Assembly: GCA_029940215.1 (NCBI GenBank)
Contig: JAOZRE010000002.1
Location: 1,433-65,432, forward strand
Direction of reading: 5' to 3'
DNA length: 64,000 bases
From: a bacterium
Lineage (GTDB): Bacteria; SAR324; XYD2-FULL-50-16
A model generated the notes under the pieces. It had not been told where the DNA came from and made no database searches. It saw only the letters and a list, made by a program, of their open reading frames with translations. Shown here in pieces: positions 31,516 to 40,378 of the stretch; position 1 is the first letter of the stretch; each line of letters begins with the position of its first letter. The position numbers were made by a program, and so were the translations under genes.

Positions 31516-32565
31516 ATGTCTCAGTTCAACGAGAAGGTAATGAGTCTTTCAGATGCTGTCAGCCAGTTTGTGAAGGAAGGTGACGAGCTCATCATTGGGA
31601 ATTATACCCTGTGTGCCTGTGCCGAATTGGTTTTCGAAGTGGTGCGGCAGCAGAAAAAGCATCTGACAGTTTATTCCCAGTCAGGAATTTTTGATGTGGA
31701 GGTGATGGTCGCAGCGGGAATTGTGGATCGGCTGGTCACCACCTACACAATGCGCTCCGGTGGAAAATCCGGTGGGTCGGCTGTGGAGAGGGCTCTGCAG
31801 GCAAGAACACTGCAATTGGAAGACTACACCAACTATAATTATAATGCCCGACTGATAGCCGGCATGCATGGCTTCAATTTCATGCAGGTATTCGAAGGGG
31901 TCATGGCAACAGATCTCTACCGGATCAGGGGTTTTATGGGAGATGACAAGTACCGGGTCATTGATTGCCCTTACACTGGCGATAAGATTTTGACAGTCCC
32001 GGCTTTAAATCCCGATGTCTGCATCATTCATGTTCCCCGGGCGGATAAATTTGGGAACGCCCAGTACTGGGGTGCCATGGGAAGTGTGATGGCTGCGGCA
32101 CTGGCCAGCAAGCGAATCATAGTCTCCTGCGAAGAGATTGTTGAGCATGACGTGATACAGGCGAGTCCCCATCACACCATTATTCCTGCTTTCCGAACGG
32201 ATGCGGTTGTTGAGGTTCCCTGGGGATCTCATCCAACCGAGGTGGTCGGGTACTACAATATGGACAGACTGGCTTACGGCATGTTCCAGGGAGCGGCTGC
32301 AACTGAAGACGGATTGAAGACCTGGCTGGATGAGTGGGTATACGGGTGCCCGGATCGAGGAGCCTATATGGATAAATACGTGGCAACATTCGGTTCAGAG
32401 ACACTGGAAAATCTCAGGGCCAAGGACTACTATTCGACACCGGTCAATTACGGTTCCGCCTTTACCTCTCCCTGGAAGCATGATGGCACAGAACGGGGTA
32501 TGGGAGTCACACTTGAGGAGTTGGAAACCATTATGGAAGAAAGGGGGCTATTTCATGACTGTTAA
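31516..32565 (+). CDS. Family I CoA-transferase subunit A (GctA-like)
   Basis: KVMSLSDAV, PALNPDVCIIHVPRAD..GN, IIVSCEEIV, PWGSHPT; ATG 31516 with AAGGA RBS. Confidence 0.85.
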   Translation: MSQFNEKVMSLSDAVSQFVKEGDELIIGNYTLCACAELVFEVVRQQKKHLTVYSQSGIFDVEVMVAAGIVDRLVTTYTMRSGGKSGGSAVERALQARTLQLEDYTNYNYNARLIAGMHGFNFMQVFEGVMATDLYRIRGFMGDDKYRVIDCPYTGDKILTVPALNPDVCIIHVPRADKFGNAQYWGAMGSVMAAALASKRIIVSCEEIVEHDVIQASPHHTIIPAFRTDAVVEVPWGSHPTEVVGYYNMDRLAYGMFQGAAATEDGLKTWLDEWVYGCPDRGAYMDKYVATFGSETLENLRAKDYYSTPVNYGSAFTSPWKHDGTERGMGVTLEELETIMEERGLFHDC

Positions 32566-33379
32566 GTACACACTCAACGAACTGCTGATCATTGTCGCGG
32601 CCAGAGAAATACACAATGACGAGAATATCATCCTGGGGGTTGGCCTGCCGACTGTTTCAGGAGCCCTGGCCAAATCACTGCACGCACCCAATGCCAATCT
32701 GATGATGGAATCAGGGATTTTCGATTTTGAGCCCCTGGTCAGGCCCAATCATATCGCGGATGCCATGAGTTGTCGGGGGTTCTCTTGCTCCACTGATTTG
32801 TTCACCGCCTTTACCACCACTTACCGGGGATTTGTTGATGTCTGTTTTCTGGGTGTGGCACAGGTGGATAAATTCGGGAACCTGAACACCACCGTGATAG
32901 GAGACTATTTCAATCCAGACTTGCGTTTGCCCGGTTCCGGCGGGGCTGCGGATTTTATCAGTTATTCAAAGCGAACGGTCCTGACCATGCGTGGCGGCAA
33001 TTTTGTGAACAAACTGGACTATTTTACCTCTCCCGGTTACCTGGAGGGTGGCAGCGCTCGTGATGACAGTGGATTGTTCCCTAAGGGGTCAGGGCCGTCC
33101 ATGTTGATTTCACAAAAGGGGATTTTCCGGTTTCACCCAGAAACCAAGGAGATTTATCTATCCGAGATACACCCAGGGATAGCGGTGGATGATGTCAAAA
33201 AGGATGTGCCGTGGGATCTGATGATAGATGACAATCTGAAAATTACAGAACCGCCAAGCGCGAAAGAGGTGGCCTTCATCCGAAAATTCGCACCCACTGA
33301 ATCTGCCGGAAATGCGCTGGCCATAGAACTTGCGACAGCCAACATCATGAAAAAGATGGCCGCCCGTCAGCAGTCCTGA
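32555..33379 (+). CDS. Family I CoA-transferase subunit B (GctB-like)
   Basis: GVGLP, MESG (catalytic Glu position), AQVDKFGNLNTT, RLPGSGG; overlaps the subunit A end. Confidence 0.85.
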   Translation: MTVKYTLNELLIIVAAREIHNDENIILGVGLPTVSGALAKSLHAPNANLMMESGIFDFEPLVRPNHIADAMSCRGFSCSTDLFTAFTTTYRGFVDVCFLGVAQVDKFGNLNTTVIGDYFNPDLRLPGSGGAADFISYSKRTVLTMRGGNFVNKLDYFTSPGYLEGGSARDDSGLFPKGSGPSMLISQKGIFRFHPETKEIYLSEIHPGIAVDDVKKDVPWDLMIDDNLKITEPPSAKEVAFIRKFAPTESAGNALAIELATANIMKKMAARQQS

Positions 33380-33415
33380 TCGGCTCTGACCTGTCTTTCA
33401 TCAAGCGGGGTAGGT

Positions 33416-33766
33416 TTACTCCCCCCTATTTGTGCAGGCCGTATTCCACATGGTCTGCAGTTCACCCACCTCGGCGATACCGTTATGGTTTCCTTCACGA
33501 TCCGCCTGTTTCACAACCCATTGGAAGAATTTGTCATTACTGTCCAGTTGAGCATACTGAATAATTTCGCTGGTACATCCCGAACCGTCTTTTTTTAGCC
33601 GGGTATATCCCTTGAAAAATTTCGCGAGTTCTGTCACCAGCCCGGTCCCTCGAGGTTCCAGCGCATAGCCGTTGCGCAATCGCCTGTTTTTCCCGAAGGA
33701 GGCCGGCGCTGTGAGTCCCAACACGATTAATAGCAGGACAGTTGTCACAATCAGACGTTTTATCAT
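33416..33766 (-). CDS. Small secreted hypothetical protein
   Basis: Signal peptide, GAGGA RBS, two Cys, EF-hand-like EGNHNGIAEVGE segment. Confidence 0.65.
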   Translation of the reverse strand: MIKRLIVTTVLLLIVLGLTAPASFGKNRRLRNGYALEPRGTGLVTELAKFFKGYTRLKKDGSGCTSEIIQYAQLDSNDKFFQWVVKQADREGNHNGIAEVGELQTMWNTACTNRGE

Positions 33767-34252
33767 CGTTCCATCCTCAATAGTGGTTGTTTAACTGAAA
33801 AGCCGAAGTAGGTATTACACCTCCAGCAAACGTCAGCTTACTCTACCGAAACCGACCCACTATTTCAAATCGTCGACCATGAATTCCGGTTATGAGTTTT
33901 CACTGTTGATATGCGGCAATAGAGTCAGCCTGTCACGTGTGATATCATCAACTCGGCTTCCCGACCTATAGCAGGAAATCCGGGTCTGAAAATGCAATGC
34001 CTGACGGGCAGATTAATGGTGCCACCCCAATTTCAATACGGAATCTATACCAATTTTAACTTCGTTGACAATGGATTTTTAAAGGAGGGAATAGACCAAA
34101 GTCTGAATTCATTGAGTTCACGAGCCTCTTTTTCGCGGTCTGCTTAAAATAGCTGCCCGACACAAATACAACCTGTTTACGAACAGGGTAAATCTGTATA
34201 TTTTACGAGAGAAACAGTCATTAAAAGAGCGTGATGGGAAAAAATCAGTTGA

Positions 34253-34387
34253 GAAGGTGACACCTGGGGTGTGCGTTTTGGGATTCACATGGTATCCGCC
34301 AGTTTTGACTATCAAGATGGTTCGGTATCCGGTACCATTGACGGATCCGGCAGCAGTTACGATGTCGGCGTCAGGCTCGCTTTTTAA
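34253..34387 (+). pseudogene. Remnant encoding the C-terminus of an outer-membrane beta-barrel protein
   Basis: 44 codons EGDTWGVRFGIHMVSASFDYQDGSVSGTIDGSGSSYDVGVRLAF* with alternating strands and terminal Phe; in-frame TGA at 34250 directly upstream; no signal peptide. Confidence 0.5.
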
Positions 34388-34569
34388 GCAGAATATCTCT
34401 GTCATCCGACACACTTTACAAGACTATTTCATAAGTGTCATATTTCGGGATAACTGGCATTTTTTGACTATTTTTCCGGTTTTTGACACATACTCTCAGG
34501 AGATTTGTCGAGAGCCTGAAACGGCAATAAAGCAGGCGCAGGAAGTCTCCCCATAAAATTAAAACCACT

Positions 34570-35448
34570 ATGATCCGGTTCAAGCGATTTACACTTCTTT
34601 TCGCGGCATTGATATTGGCAACCCTTCTGATCAGCTGTTCCCAGCAATCAACAGAAAAAACAGGGCCTCCTGCGACAGTGACAGCAGACAAACCGCCATC
34701 ACCGGAAAAAGCATCTGCAACAGAGGCTCCTGAAACGGAGACGGATGAAGCTGGCGACGAAGATGCAGAGTTTGATGAGATGGATGAGATGGATGAGTTT
34801 GAAGCCGAATTTGAGGAAGCAAAGATTGAGGTGTACGATCCCTTTGGGGGCTATAACCGCGCAATGACCACCTTCAACGATACACTCTTCCTGTGGGTAC
34901 TCACCCCGATCTCCCAGGGGTACGCCTATGTAGTGCCCGAGGCCCCTCGCCAGGGTATCAGCAATTTCTTCACCAATCTCCTCTACCCGATCCGTGTGGT
35001 GAACAACCTGCTGCAGTTCAAGCTGAAAAACGCGGGTGAGGAGACCCTTCGATTTGTCACCAACACTACCATCGGTATTCTGGGGTTCTGGGACCCTGCC
35101 AGGGAGTGGTTCGGGCTCGAAGCTCACGATGAAGATTTCGGTCAGACCCTTGGATCTTACGGTGTTGGAGCAGGTCCTCACATTGTACTCCCATTCTTCG
35201 GACCATCCAACCTGCGGGACGTCTTTTCCAAAATTCCGGATAATTTCCTGGACCCGGTGGGGCAGGAGAGGCCCATCGGTCAGACGGATAACTATGTAAC
35301 AGAATACGGTGTTCGTGCCTACGATGTCACAAATGAAATTTCCCTTCGTCCCGGGGAGTATGAAAGCCTGAAAAAGGATGCGTTGGATTTCTATCCCTTC
35401 CTGAGGGACAGCTACGAACAAATGCGCAACAAACAGATTAAGGAGTAA
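34570..35448 (+). CDS. mlaA: MlaA/VacJ-family lipoprotein
   Basis: Lipobox LISC; DPFGGYNRAM..FND, NNLLQ, EDFGQTLG, LPFFGPS..RD. Confidence 0.9.
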   Translation: MIRFKRFTLLFAALILATLLISCSQQSTEKTGPPATVTADKPPSPEKASATEAPETETDEAGDEDAEFDEMDEMDEFEAEFEEAKIEVYDPFGGYNRAMTTFNDTLFLWVLTPISQGYAYVVPEAPRQGISNFFTNLLYPIRVVNNLLQFKLKNAGEETLRFVTNTTIGILGFWDPAREWFGLEAHDEDFGQTLGSYGVGAGPHIVLPFFGPSNLRDVFSKIPDNFLDPVGQERPIGQTDNYVTEYGVRAYDVTNEISLRPGEYESLKKDALDFYPFLRDSYEQMRNKQIKE

Positions 35449-35450
35449 CC

Positions 35451-36062
35451 ATGAAAACACTGGTCATGTCACTTTTTTTCGCTCTGGTATTTGCCCAACC
35501 GTCCCTGGCCAATGGATTAGCAGAAGTCCAGGGTATTGTTGATCGTAACATCACCATCGTGATTAACTACGTCAAGGACAAGAGTATCGATAAACAGGTC
35601 CGAAACCAGAAGATTATCGAGACAGTCGTGCCGTTTTTTGATTTTGATTTCATGGCCATGGTCTGCCTGGAAAAAAAGCACCGAAAAAGACTCAGCAAGG
35701 ATCAGAAGAAACTGTTCACCAATCTGTTCGTCAAGCGTCTGCAGGAGTCTTTTCTGGAAAAACTGGACCTCTATACGGATGAAGAGGTGGTGATCGAGTC
35801 GGCAAAAAAGGTCAAGAAACGGATTCATGTTCTCACCTATCTGGTCTCCAAGGGGGACAAAATGGATATGAATTTCAAATTCAAGAAGACAAAAAAAGGC
35901 TGGAAGGTTTATGACCTTGAAATCCTCGGTGTCAGCATGGTTTCGACCTACCGGTCCCAGTTTTCAGGCTTTCTGAAGTCCAAGAGTATGGATGACCTGT
36001 TGGCTAAGTTGTCGGAAACCGGATCCTTCGGCGTGCCGACTGGAGAAAAACAGAAAAAATAA
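35451..36062 (+). CDS. mlaC: MlaC/Ttg2D-family periplasmic lipid-binding protein
   Basis: FDFDFMA, WKVYDLEILGVSMVSTYRSQF. Confidence 0.88.
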   Translation: MKTLVMSLFFALVFAQPSLANGLAEVQGIVDRNITIVINYVKDKSIDKQVRNQKIIETVVPFFDFDFMAMVCLEKKHRKRLSKDQKKLFTNLFVKRLQESFLEKLDLYTDEEVVIESAKKVKKRIHVLTYLVSKGDKMDMNFKFKKTKKGWKVYDLEILGVSMVSTYRSQFSGFLKSKSMDDLLAKLSETGSFGVPTGEKQKK

Positions 36063-36076
36063 TCCCCCGAAATCAG

Positions 36077-38587
36077 ATGCTAAGACAACTATACAAACGG
36101 ATCATCCTTCAACATCCAACCATGGTGCTGCTGGTAATCGTCATTTTGATTGGCCTGCTGGGCTACCAGGCGCGCAAACTGGAAGTTGATGCCTCCGCAG
36201 AAACTCTGACCCTGGAAGACGACAAGGATCTCGAGTCGTACCGGCTTTTCGCCGAGCGCTTCAAAAGCCAGGATTTTCTATTCATCACCTTCACTCCAAG
36301 GGGCGACCTGCTGGCCGACGAAACCCTGGATACCATCCGGCGCCTACGAAAAGACCTGCTGAAGCTGGAACGGATCGAGTCAGTCACATCGATTCTGGAT
36401 GTTCCGCTGATGGAAAGCCCTCCGCTACCCGTGAAGGAGATGGTCAAGAATGTACCCACTCTCGAGTCACCCGGCATCGATAAGGTCCTGGCCAAAAAGG
36501 AACTGCTGAACAGTCCCATCTACAAGAATAATATTGTCAGCCGGGATTTCAAAAGTACAGCTATCCTGGCCAACCTGCATGATGACCCCAAGTGGCAGGA
36601 GTTCATCAAACAGCGTAAGGTCCTGCGTCAGAAAGAAAAGGATGGCACCATTACCCCAACTGAAAAACAGCAGTTGGAAAAGCTTCTACTCGATTTTAAA
36701 GCACACCGGGATATGATGCGGGAGAAGGACCACGACAACATCCAGCAGGTCCGTGCTTTGATCAAGACATACGAAGGCGATGCCGACCTGTTTCTAGGTG
36801 GGGTCACCATGATTGCTGACGACCTGGTCACCTTCATAAAAAACGATCTAAAAACCTTCGGACTAGGCGTACTGCTGCTGCTGGTCATCACCCTCTGGAT
36901 TATCTTTCGCCAGTTGCGCTGGGTCCTGCTCCCCGTGCTGTGCTGCAGTTTTTCAGTAGTGGCAACCAGCGGCCTGTTAGGAATGTTCGGCTGGGAGGTC
37001 AGTGTGATTTCGTCGAATTTTATCTCCATCCAGCTCATCATCACCATGGCCATCACCATTCACCTGATCGTGCGATACCGGGAACTGGTGGAAGAAATGC
37101 CAGAAACCGACCATCAGGAAATCATTCTGGAGGCCACTCTCTCTATGGCCAAGCCTTGCGCATACGCTATCCTGACCACCATGGCCGGCTTCAGCTCTCT
37201 GGTGTTTTCCGGTATCAGACCCGTTATCAGTTTCGGCTGGATGATGACAGCGGGTATAGGGGTTTCACTGGTACTGACCTTTCTGATCTTTCCCTCTGTA
37301 CTGATGCTGATGAAAAAAACCCTGCCCAACCGTTCGTTCGAATCCTATTTTAGCGCTACAAAAAAAATGGCATCGTTCACGGAGCGACATGGCAAGTCAA
37401 TCTTTGTTGTCAGCGCGATTGTCATGTTACTTTCTGCTGCCGGGGCAGCACAGTTAAAGGTGGAGAACAGCTTCATCGATTACTTTAAGGAGAGCACCGA
37501 GATCTATCAGGGGATGAAAACCATCGATCAGCAACTGGGCGGTACCACCCCCCTGGATATCATCATCGATCTTGACAAAAACGATGATGCGGTTGAGCAG
37601 GCTGCCGTTGAAGAAAGCGCCGATGAAGAAGATGATGAGATGGACGAATTCGAAGAGGAGTTCGAAGAGGCGGAAAAGCAGGCACAATACTGGTTTACAT
37701 CTGACAAAATGGAGCAAATAGAGAAGGTCCATGACTACCTGGAAACAGTTCCCGCGCTCGGTAAGGTCACATCGCTGGGGACAATGCTCAAGGTCGGTAA
37801 AACACTGAATGACGGAGACCCCCTCGATAACTTCATGCTGGCCCTGATCTATAACGAGCTGCCGGAACAGTTCCGCAAAATCATCCTGACACCTTATGTC
37901 TCGGTTGAAAACAATCAGGCCAGGTTTTCGGCACGAGTTGTCGATTCAAAACCCGGTTTGCGCCGCGATGCCATGCTGAAACAGATTCGTCGAGAACTGA
38001 CAGACAAGATCGGTGTGGAGCCGGAAAAAGTTCATCTGACAGGCATGATGGTTCTGTATAACAACATGCTGCAGAGCCTGTTTAACTCCCAGATCAAGAC
38101 GTTGGGGGCCGTTCTGCTGGTGTTAATGGGCATGTTTCTAATCTTGTTCCGGTCATTTCGCATCTCATTGATCGCTATCTTCCCCAACCTGCTCTCGGTA
38201 GGGGTGGTTCTTGGCTTTATGGGGTGGGCCGGTATTCCACTGGATCTGATGACCATCACCATTGCTGCCATCAGCGTTGGAATCGCCGTGGATGATACCA
38301 TCCACTATATACACCGCTTCAAAAAGGAGTTCACAAAAGACGGAAACTATATAGCTTCCATGCACCGCAGCCATGAAAGCATCGGCTACGCAATGTACTA
38401 TACGTCCATCACCATCATTATCGGGTTTTCCATCCTGGTTCTATCCAATTTCACCCCCGGTGTCTACTTCGGTCTGTTGACCGGGCTGGCCATGGTCATC
38501 GCCCTGATTGCTTCTCTGACCCTGCTGCCGCAACTCATCGTCCTGATTAAGCCGTTTGGACCTGAGGGAATAGCCGGAATTGAGTGA
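36077..38587 (+). CDS. MMPL/RND-family lipid transporter
   Basis: Two MMPL repeats; LTTMAGFSSL; GIAVDDTIHY proton-relay motif. Confidence 0.9.
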   Translation: MLRQLYKRIILQHPTMVLLVIVILIGLLGYQARKLEVDASAETLTLEDDKDLESYRLFAERFKSQDFLFITFTPRGDLLADETLDTIRRLRKDLLKLERIESVTSILDVPLMESPPLPVKEMVKNVPTLESPGIDKVLAKKELLNSPIYKNNIVSRDFKSTAILANLHDDPKWQEFIKQRKVLRQKEKDGTITPTEKQQLEKLLLDFKAHRDMMREKDHDNIQQVRALIKTYEGDADLFLGGVTMIADDLVTFIKNDLKTFGLGVLLLLVITLWIIFRQLRWVLLPVLCCSFSVVATSGLLGMFGWEVSVISSNFISIQLIITMAITIHLIVRYRELVEEMPETDHQEIILEATLSMAKPCAYAILTTMAGFSSLVFSGIRPVISFGWMMTAGIGVSLVLTFLIFPSVLMLMKKTLPNRSFESYFSATKKMASFTERHGKSIFVVSAIVMLLSAAGAAQLKVENSFIDYFKESTEIYQGMKTIDQQLGGTTPLDIIIDLDKNDDAVEQAAVEESADEEDDEMDEFEEEFEEAEKQAQYWFTSDKMEQIEKVHDYLETVPALGKVTSLGTMLKVGKTLNDGDPLDNFMLALIYNELPEQFRKIILTPYVSVENNQARFSARVVDSKPGLRRDAMLKQIRRELTDKIGVEPEKVHLTGMMVLYNNMLQSLFNSQIKTLGAVLLVLMGMFLILFRSFRISLIAIFPNLLSVGVVLGFMGWAGIPLDLMTITIAAISVGIAVDDTIHYIHRFKKEFTKDGNYIASMHRSHESIGYAMYYTSITIIIGFSILVLSNFTPGVYFGLLTGLAMVIALIASLTLLPQLIVLIKPFGPEGIAGIE

Positions 38588-38752
38588 GACAAGGCGAACA
38601 ACAACGTACCCAAACTGTTGAGAAGGATATAACGGAATTTGGATCGGGTCGAGCAGGCAAGTAAAAGAAGGAGGGATCGGCCGGGATCCAAATCATCCGT
38701 GACTCGGATGCGTCCCCGGCCGCAAAAAGCCTTTATGGCTATTTGGTACGAC

Positions 38753-39934
38753 CTACACTTTCTCGATCAATACAGCATTGGCATTACCGAAACCACCGCA
38801 CAGTGTGGCAATTCCATATTTTTCGTCCGGATAGTCAGTCTTCATACGGTTGAGCAGTGTCACGATAATACGAGCACCTGACTGGCCAAGTGGGTGACCA
38901 AGTGCCATTGCACCGCCCCAGGTGTTAACTTTCTTAAAGGGGACATTCTTACTGTCCTCCAGTTTCAATTCGCGAATCACAGCCAGTGACTGAGAAGCAA
39001 ACGCTTCGTTCAGTTCCACAGCACCGATATCAGCAGGTCCCAATCCGGTTTTCTTGAACAACTGCTGAACAGCAGGAATCGGTCCGACGCCCATGACTGA
39101 TGGGTCATTACCAGCCTGTGTTCCAAAGCTGTACTTGTATGTGTATGACAAACCCAGTTCATCCGCTTTTTCGCGGCTCATTATCAGAACGATCGCAGCA
39201 CCAGCTGTCAACGGAGATGAAGTCGCAGCAGAAACCACGCCGCCTTCCTTGAAAGGGGATTCCATCAGCATCATTCTTTCTTCATCGGGATTGTCACGGA
39301 TCCACTGATCGTTCTCAACCAGAAACTCCGTTCCATCTTCTTGCTTTCCCATTATCGGAATGATCTCACTCTTGAACTTTCCTGCGTCCCTGGCCGCTGC
39401 TGCCAGTCTGTTTGAATTGGCGGCAAACTTGACCATGTCCTCTTTTGAGACATTGTATTGCTCAGCAACCTTTTCTGCTGTATTTCCCATGGGAACTTCA
39501 GCAGGGTTGATGTAATCCCACAGGCGAGGCGTCATATCCATGTTCGCTCCCATGGGTACTTTTTCCATGTCTTCTGCACCACCAGCCAGCATAATGCTGT
39601 TTTCGCCGGAGATAATAGACCGGGCAGCATTCATGATTGCTGACATCCCGGAAGGACATTGATTGGTAACTGTCTGTGTCGGAACACTGATCGGCATACC
39701 GGAAGCAATCCAGGAGATCCTTCCCAGATCATTCTGCATTCCTGAAACGTTGGCTGTTCCAATAAATACGCCTTCAACATCCTCAGGCTTGACCTTTGGA
39801 TTCCTTTCAAAAATTGCTTTGTAAACCGCTGTCAGTGTTTCGTCCGGTCTTACATCCTTGAACCAGCCTTTTTCAGCATGGGCCCTTGCGTTCGGCGTCC
39901 TGACACCATCAATAAATACACACTCTTTTGCCAT
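38753..39934 (-). CDS. Thiolase (acetyl-CoA C-acyltransferase)
   Basis: NQCPSGM, ELNEAFA, GHPLG, LCGGFG; start moved to ATG 39934 (GGAG RBS). Confidence 0.93.
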   Translation of the reverse strand: MAKECVFIDGVRTPNARAHAEKGWFKDVRPDETLTAVYKAIFERNPKVKPEDVEGVFIGTANVSGMQNDLGRISWIASGMPISVPTQTVTNQCPSGMSAIMNAARSIISGENSIMLAGGAEDMEKVPMGANMDMTPRLWDYINPAEVPMGNTAEKVAEQYNVSKEDMVKFAANSNRLAAAARDAGKFKSEIIPIMGKQEDGTEFLVENDQWIRDNPDEERMMLMESPFKEGGVVSAATSSPLTAGAAIVLIMSREKADELGLSYTYKYSFGTQAGNDPSVMGVGPIPAVQQLFKKTGLGPADIGAVELNEAFASQSLAVIRELKLEDSKNVPFKKVNTWGGAMALGHPLGQSGARIIVTLLNRMKTDYPDEKYGIATLCGGFGNANAVLIEKV

Positions 39935-40198
39935 CTCTATCTCCAATGAGTTGATTTGAAATTCTAAACCCGCGGCCGCTCTATACGACAACACATCACC
40001 CGTGTCGGGCCGTTGACCACCTGTCAGACCTGAATTGGCCCGAAATACCAAAGTTGTTACAAAAACCGGTTGTCATCAATCACCGGCAACACCCTCACGG
40101 GAACTGCCGGTTTTCTCAATCGATACATCCCTGTACCGCAACCTTCATGACGCGATATCCTTTCCATTTCTAAAATTTTGGCAAAGACCTATATTCCC

Positions 40199-40228
40199 TG
40201 TCAAGACAAATCGAGCGTTCGTTCGTTA
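40199..40228. promoter_or_regulatory. Putative TetR operator copy 2, upstream of the thiolase
   Basis: TGTCAAgacaaatcGAGCGTTCGTTCgtta; minus-strand TTGACA 8 nt from the core. Confidence 0.6.
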
Positions 40229-40378
40229 TGGAGCAAACAGAATTTCAGCCCCTTAGACAATTCAATAGTTTAACCGGTTCTTGAGTCAGGAAGGAAACTG
40301 TTTGAACGGAATTGGCCGACCCGGCAAAATCCGTGGCCGGCCAACTGCCCCCGTCAGGGGGAGGAGTTGAATCGTGAA

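Noticed and set aside
34250..34252. TGA before the beta-barrel fragment as a second Sec codon
   Set aside because: No Cys context, no convincing upstream coding frame or signal peptide; more consistent with a truncation.
34118..34556. Track ORFs 34118..34414 (-) and 34257..34556 (+)
   Set aside because: No recognisable protein features; a different plus frame gives the protein-like fragment.
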